DNA of 64,000 nt. Origin: Veleropilina oligotropha. Taxonomy: Eukaryota. Position numbers and translations under genes: made by a program. The stretch is from NCBI GenBank assembly GCA_048128005.1, contig JBEUKZ010000054.1, positions 558,001 to 622,000 of the forward strand. Reading direction: 5' to 3'. A model generated the notes under the pieces. The model did no database searches, was not told the origin of the DNA, and saw only the letters and a list, made by a program, of their open reading frames with translations. This document shows, piece after piece, positions 55,830 to 64,000 of the stretch; within the stretch, counting starts at the first letter, position 1, and each line of letters begins with the position of its first letter.

Positions 55830-56680
55830 AGCTGGTCGTACTCTCGTCTTGTACACCTTGCCCTCGAATTCACTGGCATGCACAAAAACCAGCCACCGGT
55901 CTTCCTCCATCCATTCCAGCATGCCTGTATTTTATTTTTTTTATCGCTACCACTATCACACAGCAGATTAATTGCACTCAGCAACTTCAGGTAAATCACT
56001 TCCACTTAGCTTGATCAGAGGGTGTTCTGCTTTCGTGTCGATGCAGAAATACTAAGCCGTAGACATGCTGACCTTCACCACCTTTCTAAAGATTGGATTC
56101 TCCATGTTTTCAACTCTTCTTCAGCTCGAACTTTTTCTTCATATGCCAGCGCGATGTTATCATGTTTCAGGTGCTTGTTCTTTTCACTTGGTGTGTAAGC
56201 TGGTCCATGACAATCGCAACCACGAATGGACCAGTAAGATACTCATAAAGCAGCGAAACATCTGGAGAATGGGAAAGCTGGGGCTTCGACAACATTCCAG
56301 CGGAAAATATTGGTTGGTTGGCAACATGTTTTACGATCACTTTTGGCATTTTTTCAGCCGTATTGTGGTCGGGACACCCGGTTTAAGGTCTCACTCCGAT
56401 CTTACCGACATACAGTAAGGATAGCCATCACAGTGAGCGAAATCGCTGTTAACACCACTGCCAAAGAAGGAAAACGTGCAGAAATGCAATAACTACAGGA
56501 TAATACGTCTAATTAACCATCCAAGATGTTGCTAAAGGTTTCAGCAATAAGCTGAAGGCTCAAAGTATTTTGTCCGGTGAACAAGTGGGATTCAGAGGCT
56601 GTCGTAGTACAGTTGAACAAATAGGAAATGTCAGGATTCTGGGGGAGAAGCACAGAAACCATCAGAGAGACATCATAACG
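55830..56680. mobile_element. Highly decayed non-LTR (RTE-like) fragments in both orientations
   Basis: Plus strand CNNYR and EQVGFRGCRSTVEQI; minus strand CDSGSDK...IQACWNGWRK. Confidence 0.5.
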
Positions 56681-57110
56681 TTATCGTTATCGACATATCA
56701 AATTACCATAAAACTATTAATATTTCGTAATAATTGCTTTAAAAGTAATATATACTATATGTTGATGTTTGCTCTGTTAAATATGGCTTCAAGAGACATT
56801 TTCATGATTACAGTTATCGACGGAAAATGCGCGAAGAATGACATTTTTGGCCCAATATACTTCATTTGATGCCAAGACCAGATTATCTGAAACATGCATT
56901 GAAGAGAAGAAAAACAAATATATAATCCAGGTAAGTATCAGCCTCGGCAGTATTCAAACACTGTCACATGGAAATTCCAGGATAAGATCAAGATCCGGTA
57001 TATATGTCAGGAATACTGGAAATGGTGGATCCGAGAGGTCACCTGCATCTGTCTGTACCAACCTCTTCACAATGAAGATGGCTGCTTTATAAAGTAAACA
57101 ATAACACTCG

Positions 57111-57718
57111 TACCATATTTACGCGCAAATAGGCGCATGCGCCTATAAATGAGTATGCGCCTATATGTGACACTTTATAATTTTCCCCGACGACAACCAT
57201 TATTCACATATATATATAAGCGCACCATACATCAGAAGTGACTCAAACGTTACATTGATATTGCATTATTTCATGTTATATAGTGTTGAATGGTCATTAG
57301 CTTACCTCATAAGCATTTACCCAAAATAACTACTAAATATATAGTTATATTACTATTAAAACGGTCCTATTATATGAATATTGGGAGCGCCTATAAGTGA
57401 GCCCATAATTTCCCAGACGAAAACCATTATCACCATACAAACGTTACTGTGATATTTCATGATTTTTTTATTTCATGGTAAATGGTCATTACTTAGACCT
57501 CAATAGAGTTTACATTTAAGCATACTAAATATTAAATATAATCTTCTTTTACTACTAAAACAGGCCCATATGTGAATATTCACATATAGGTGCATGCGCT
57601 TGTATTCGAATATAGGCACATGCGCCCCTATGTGAGACTATTTATTTTTTTCATTGGCCAAGAAATATGCAATAATTCGCTTATAGGCGCATGCGCTTAT
57701 ATGCGCTTCAATACGGTA
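57111..57718. mobile_element. MITE with TACC(G/A)TATT...AATACGGTA termini (Tc1/pogo-like, TA flanks)
   Basis: Imperfect ~38-bp TIRs containing ATAGGCGCATGCGC; internal ~240-bp duplication. Confidence 0.65.
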
Positions 57719-59812
57719 GGTATTACAGTTAGTCTGCTTGATTACAGAGATTCTTATATGCGCGTCAATACGGTAGGTATTACAGTTAGTCTGCTTGATT
57801 ACAGAGATTCTTATAGGCGCGTCAATACGGTAGGTATTAAAGTTAGTCTGCTTGATTACAGAGATTCTTATAGGCGCGTCAATACGGTAGGTATTACAGT
57901 TAGTCTGCTTGATTACAGCGATTCTTATATGCGCGTCAATACGGTATGTATTACAGTTAGTCTGCTTGATTACAGAGATTCTTATATGCGCGTCAATACG
58001 GTAGGTATTACAGTTAGTCTGCTTGACTACAGAGATTCTAATAGGCGCGTCAATACGGTAGGTATTACAGCTAGTCTGCTTGATTACAGAGATTCTTATA
58101 TGCGCGTCAATACGGTAGGTATTACAGTTAGTCTGCTTGATTACAGAGATTCTTATATGCGCGTCAATACGGTAGGTATTACAGTTAGTCTGCTTGATTA
58201 CAGAGATTCTTATATGCGGTCAATACGGTTGGTATTACAGTTAGTCTTCTTGATTACAGAGATTACAGTTAGTCTGCTTGATTACAGAGATTACAGTTAG
58301 TCTGCTTGATTACAGAGATTACAGTTAGTCTGCTTGATTACAGAGATTACAGTTAGTCTGCTTGATTACAGAGATTACAGTTAGTCTGCTTGATTACAGA
58401 GATTACAGTTAGTCTGCTTGATTACAGAGATTCTTATATGTGCGTCAATACGGTAGGTATTACAGTTAGTCTGCTTGATTACAGAGATTCTTATATGTGC
58501 GTCAATACGGTAGGTATTACAGTTAGTCTGCTTGATTACAGAGATTACAGTTAGTCTGCTTGATTACATAGATTACAGTTAGTCTGCTTGATTACAGAGA
58601 TTCTTATATGCGCGTCAATACGGTAGGTATTACAGTTAGTCTGCTTGATTACAGAGATTCTTATATGTGCGTCAATACGGTAGGTATTACAGTTAGTCTG
58701 CTTGATTACAGAGATTCTTATATGTGCGTCAATACGGTAGGTATTACAGTTAGTCTGCTTGATTACAGAGATTACAGTTAGTCTGCTTGATTACAGAGAT
58801 TACAGTTAGTCTGCTTGATTACAGAGATTCTTATATGCGCGTCAATACGGTAGGTATTACAGTTAGTCTGCTTGATTACAGAGATTACAGTTAGTCTGCT
58901 TGATTACAGAGATTACAGTTAGTCTGCTTGATTACAGAGATTACAGTTAGTCTGCTTGATTACAGAGATTACAGTTAGTCTGCTTGATTACAGAGATTAC
59001 AGTTAGTCTGCTTGATTACAGTTAGTCTGCTTGATTACAGAGATTACAGTTAGTCTGCTTGATTACAGAGATTACATTTAGTCTGCTTGATTACAGAGAT
59101 TACAGTTAGTCTGCTTGATTACAGAGATTACAGTTAGTCTGCTTGATTACAGAGATTACATTTAGTCTGCTTGATTACAGAGATTACAGTTAGTCTGCTT
59201 GATTACAGAGATTACATTTAGTCTGCTTGATTACAGAGATTACAGTTAGTCTGCTTGATTACAGAGATTACAGTTAGTCTGCTTGATTACAGAGATTACA
59301 GTTAGTCTGCTTGATTACATAGATTACAGTTAGTCTGCTTGATTACAGTTAGTCTGCTTGATTACATAGATTACAGTTAGTCTGCTTGATTACAGAGATT
59401 ACAGTTAGTCTGCTTGATTACAGAGATTACAGTTAGTCTGCTTGATTACAGAGATTACAGTTAGTCTGCTTGATTACAGAGATTACAGTTAGTCTGCTTG
59501 ATTACAGAGATTACAGTTAGTCTGCTTGATTACAGAGATTACAGTTAGTCTGCTTGATTACAGTTAGTCTGCTTGATTACAGAGATTACAGTTAGTCTGC
59601 TTGATTACAGAGATTACATTTAGTCTGCTTGATTACAGAGATTACAGTTAGTCTGCTTGATTACAGAGATTACAGTTAGTCTGCTTGATTACAGAGATTA
59701 CAGTTAGTCTGCTTGATTACAGAGATTACAGTTAGTCTGCTTGATTACAGAGATTACAGTTAGTCTGCTTGATTACAGAGATTACAGTTAGTCTGCTTGA
59801 TTACAGAGATTC
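57700..59812. repeat. Compound minisatellite: 57-bp units grading into 28-bp (and 19-bp) sub-units
   Basis: GTCAATACGGTAGGTATTACAGTTAGTCTGCTTGATTACAGAGATTCTTATATGCGC, then (GATTACAGTTAGTCTGCTTGATTACAGA)n. Confidence 0.96.
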
Positions 59813-62178
59813 TGAATCTTGTTCTGAAGGCGGCTTAATCCTCATAATGCAAAATATTATACGTCGCTCACAAACATGAAAAACAATATCGTTATCCAAA
59901 CGTGTAGGCTTCTATGGAAACCATTCCTGACAACAATACAAAATAAATCTTCAGGATAATTTACTCTATTACACACTCATATGTAATAGCAAGACGAATT
60001 TAATGAGCATTGAATACTATTTAATCACATAATCTACATATATGACATTCAACAAATAATATACTATACAGACATGAAAGAGATAAGGCACACCAGACTT
60101 AAATTAAAAATATAACATCATGTAAAAATTATATCCATATAATATATAAATATATACAAAAAATATCACCTAGATTTAATTCTGAGATAACTAAATGTCT
60201 CAACACATGATCGAAAACAAATAAACATATTTTGAATATATACATTGCATTAATTAGAATGTGTAAGTTAAGAAATTAACATATGTACCAAGTTATATTC
60301 TATCAAACCAGAATTTTAAGTCTAATTGTGTCATTAAATCGTCACCATGTTTTCTTTTGTGGACACCAAACCAATCAGTCTACGCCCAGTTGAAATCGTG
60401 AGATATTTACCTTTCTTGAATAAAGTCATCTGGCAATCTATCATGGCATCTTATGTCTTAATATACATTTAATAAAAGTGTTAATCTTGATAAAGTCATT
60501 TGACCATTCGAGTTTGCTGTCATGCGTCTTATTATACCTTGAATAAAATTAGCAGATGCTTGGAAGAACGCATCATCCTGCATATTTCAAATATAAAATA
60601 GTGATACATAACATATAACGATGCTCACAAATAGTGATACATAACATATAACGATGCTCAAGGATGTATCAGGCTAGATATAACAATGTTTGGTAAACTT
60701 TAACAAAATTGTTTACGGACGGACATGACGACACAACACGAATAACGAAATCTTCTTTGGCATCAATCAGCAAAATACCCAATATAAAAAATAGTGTCTC
60801 AAGTAGCCATTGGGTTATAAAAAGATAAAAATTATAATCAATCTTTCTGGAAAAATTAAATAGTATAAATTGTTCAGAAAGATCAGTTACAATTATTGAT
60901 AAAATTTGGTGAGACTTTAGCTATAGCCAATTATCATAATAATACAATACTCATACACATCATGACATGGTCGGGGTGCCAACTACAATTTTAAAAAACA
61001 TGTTTCATAGTATATTTCAAAATGAAACCTTTTTTACTCACACAAAATGGAGAAAATGGTTCCAAAAAGGAGAGTAAAATACATCGCATTTGCACTCTCA
61101 GAATGCAGGAGAGGGGGTTTCACACCCTTAATTATCAAAATTTTCCTCCACCCCACGTGGACCGTTGATATTATATTGATAGCATAGTTCGACCCCCCTT
61201 TCAAATTCATGGCATACAGCTCTGTTACAGTTTGATTTAATTTGTTTCATTTCAGTTTTATGATCACAGTCGTATTGTTGTCAGAATATTGTTTTAACAT
61301 CTCATCCATCATAATTGATAATGGGTTTTTAAACCATCGATTATCCCCTCTATTACTTTTAAACGTTAGAATAAACCATGCCACAAGATTAAGTTTGTGA
61401 CACCCAGTTGAGTGTCCGCAGGGCTAACCACTCAGATGCCAAGGCCTCTGTTGCTGTTTGGTCATTATTTAACTTGTTCCATGTGTACATGCGCACTACG
61501 ACAGTACACACTGTATTTCATGTAAAATGCTACGAGGAAAATAAGTAATGTAATATTAAAAAGAAGGTGATCTGACCAAGCACTTATATATATACACATT
61601 AACTACCATACAAATCAACAATTGATGGTGCCGTCATTACATGTTAATGTTTCATGTCTTGAAATAATCAACAAGGCAGCAGCAATATCTACATATAACA
61701 AACGTGAGAGTCTCCTCTGTACAAGTATACAAGTCAACAAATGTACAAGATATATTATGCTCTTATTACAATCGCCTCAGAAATAACATAAAACTTATCA
61801 ATAATTACAACATCACCTGCCGCTGAAATGAATGGCCATGATTAGATTGGATTGAAACGATGCTTAAAGTCCTGTTTAATTACAAACTTCAGGTTCAAAC
61901 TCAGGACATGTACACACTATTGTGGGAGGAAATTCGTCCTACGACTTGCTTTCCTTTTTAATAAGACTCAGCAATATGCCATCTAACCCATACACAGAAT
62001 GCCATTGCCCCATTGCGGCCAATCGTCACGATTTTGAATACCATTTGGACAATTACAACTTTGTAAATCTGGTTTGCATATAAATTGTCTTCAAACACAT
62101 TATAGCATGGTAAATAATACATAAAACTGTTTAATTTTATCAGTATTTTAAATTATCACAGATTTATACATAAGACAG

Positions 62179-62309
62179 TTACAGCATATTTATGGGTTGT
62201 CCTGAGGATTCATTTGTATCGCTGATTCGCTGATGCTTGCAACAGCAGAAAAATCCAGCGTGTGCTTCTTTAAGGCTCTTGCTGTTAGAAAGACAGCCTC
62301 GGTCACTCC
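62179..62309 (-). CDS. Possible last coding exon of an unidentified host gene
   Basis: cattgtag acceptor; SDRGCLSNSKSLKEAHAGFFCCCKHQRISDTNESSGQPINML then TAA; a hydrophobic exon candidate (VLLMMYFLLFSTTALGFIIGPK) lies near 62870-62933. Confidence 0.3.
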
Positions 62310-62371
62310 CTACAATGTGAGAGGAAAATTAATATCAAATTTGACAATTCTTCATGCCAATAAATTACAAT

Positions 62372-62703
62372 TTAAAGAGACTATTGCCCGTAAATTCGCT
62401 CTTTTTGTGACTGTGTAGCATGACTGATCACCCTCTATCATACGGTTCGCTCAGATTGGTACACATTTCGCGAAGATATGATCTATGTATGATCAAATGA
62501 TAGACTTTTATTGAAATTATTATTGTAACTGGGCAATATATATTATTGTCAAGTTGAAAGCTACGCAACTGTGCTCCAACTATGTCAATTGGAAATGTGA
62601 CTCGGTGCGAGGTAATTAAACGCGGACCGCATTTAATTATTTTTAAATCTTCATTAGAGATTTATTTAAAAGGTGGTAAATTTACGGGCAATAGTCTCTT
62701 TAA
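62372..62703. mobile_element. TTAA-flanked MITE (Kolobok-like AG...CT ends)
   Basis: TTAAAGAGACTATTGCCCGTAAATT ... AATTTACGGGCAATAGTCTCTTTAA; collapsed mini-copy at about 63918-63973. Confidence 0.75.
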
Positions 62704-62988
62704 TTAATCCCTTTTGATTGGGTTCCGTATGTAATGAAACGGCACAGAATAAACTTCTAGTAAACCCACAATTTCTAGTGAAAAGACATCCATGTAGTTC
62801 ATGAGTTAATTTTGCAGATAAAATTGAGAAGGAATACTGATGTCAAAATACTCAAAGTGATACACATATTTAGGACCAATAATGAACCCAAGTGCTGTGG
62901 TGCTGAAGAGAAGAAAATACATCATTAAAAGAACCTGTTTTAAATGAGTTGGCAAAAGTGAAATGAATCTCAGCTAATTCTTTGTTGT

Positions 62989-63845
62989 AAAATAGATTGT
63001 TCATGGTCCTAAAGGATGATATTGTAGGTATTTTTTACTTACTTTTAGAACTTTTTTTTTAAACTGAAATTTCCGACGTTTCGGAAATTATCGAATGGCC
63101 TTGGTCACGTGATGTTCGCTCTTGCGTAAACTCCAGAGGACCAACAAGAAGAGCTAAACCATGTAGCAGGGGCACTGACATCCAATGGTTACACCCCTTG
63201 GTATATGAACATACCAAAGCAAAAACAGAAACCAAAACAGCCACACCAGGAACACACAACTCGAGCCCCGGTAATAGGTTTACCGTATGTCAAAGGATTG
63301 TCTGAACATCTCGCACGTATCTTCAAATCACATGGCATCACCACCTACCACAAGCCAACCAACACCCTAAGATCTCATCTAGTACATCCAAAAGACAAGA
63401 CCTCCAAGGAAAACCAGTGTGGCGTCATATATAACATCACATGTGACCAGGATACGAGCCACACATACGTAGGAGAGACTAAACGCACTCTGGCCACCAG
63501 GTTTAAAGAACACCAAAACCTGGACAAACCCACAGCAGTTGGGGATCACTGCAATGATACGGGTCACTCTGTGTCGATTGGTAACACCAGGGTTCTGGCA
63601 AGGGAGGAAAACTGGCTCAAACGAAAAATCAAAGAGTCTATCCATATCATCTGCCGCACGCCATATATGAACAGAGACCAGGGATACCAGCTGCCCGCCA
63701 TCTACCGCCAGGTGCTCAACACGATTCCTGAGCAGCAGTTACACAAGAGCGAACATCACGTGACAAAGGCCATTCGATAATGGCCGAAACGTCGGAAATT
63801 TCAGTTTAAAAAAAAGTTCTATAAGTAAGTAAAAAATACCTACAA
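62989..63845 (+). mobile_element. 5'-truncated Penelope-like element with inverted pseudo-LTR
   Basis: ~110-bp inverted repeats (63021-63129 and 63739-63846); TAATTCTTTGTTGT on both flanks. Confidence 0.88.
63205..63780 (+). CDS. Penelope-like GIY-YIG endonuclease (C-terminal fragment of the element ORF)
   Basis: LPYVKGLSE, GVIYNITC...YVGETKRTLATRFKEH, RKIKESIHI, MNRDQG. Confidence 0.92.
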   Translation: MNIPKQKQKPKQPHQEHTTRAPVIGLPYVKGLSEHLARIFKSHGITTYHKPTNTLRSHLVHPKDKTSKENQCGVIYNITCDQDTSHTYVGETKRTLATRFKEHQNLDKPTAVGDHCNDTGHSVSIGNTRVLAREENWLKRKIKESIHIICRTPYMNRDQGYQLPAIYRQVLNTIPEQQLHKSEHHVTKAIR

Positions 63846-64000
63846 TAATTCTTTGTTGTTTTAAGAATTTCTGTATGGGAAATAGTAATTTATATAACTA
63901 GTGCTGAATATTGTTATTTAAACAGACTATTGCCCGTAAATTCACGGGCATTTACGGGCAATAGTCTCTTTAATAGTTTATTGAAGTTCAGTTGTGTTGC

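Noticed and set aside
57590..58300. 236-aa repeat ORF
   Set aside because: 57-bp minisatellite read-through

Overview
Animal (invertebrate-looking) genomic DNA. The left half (1.5-32 kb) holds one host gene on the minus strand, TIPIN (Swi3/Csm3 family, 8 coding exons reconstructed by hand). Its introns are inflated by three minisatellites, two tRNA-derived SINEs, a decayed THAP element and two full-length DIRS1-type tyrosine-recombinase retrotransposons (one intact, one frameshifted). Both DIRS copies integrated at the same ATAT core of a minority variant unit of a 28-bp minisatellite. The right half contains a decayed CR1-type LINE and the main object of interest: a complete-looking 16.1-kb endogenous Polinton-like virus (38283-54422) with 127-bp TIRs ending in G/C homopolymers and a 5-bp CATGC target duplication, nested in a Helentron-type non-autonomous repeat. 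It encodes putative major and minor capsid proteins, an A32-like packaging ATPase, an rve integrase, several membrane proteins and a secreted Cys-rich protein. In place of a canonical protein-primed PolB it has a multidomain replicase: OTU-like domain, PolB palm apparently lacking the exonuclease, SF1 helicase and HNH-type nuclease. No adenain protease was recognised. The end of the window has MITEs, a minisatellite born at a MITE junction, and a Penelope-like GIY-YIG fragment with inverted pseudo-LTRs. All protein assignments are by motif recognition only; no searches were run.
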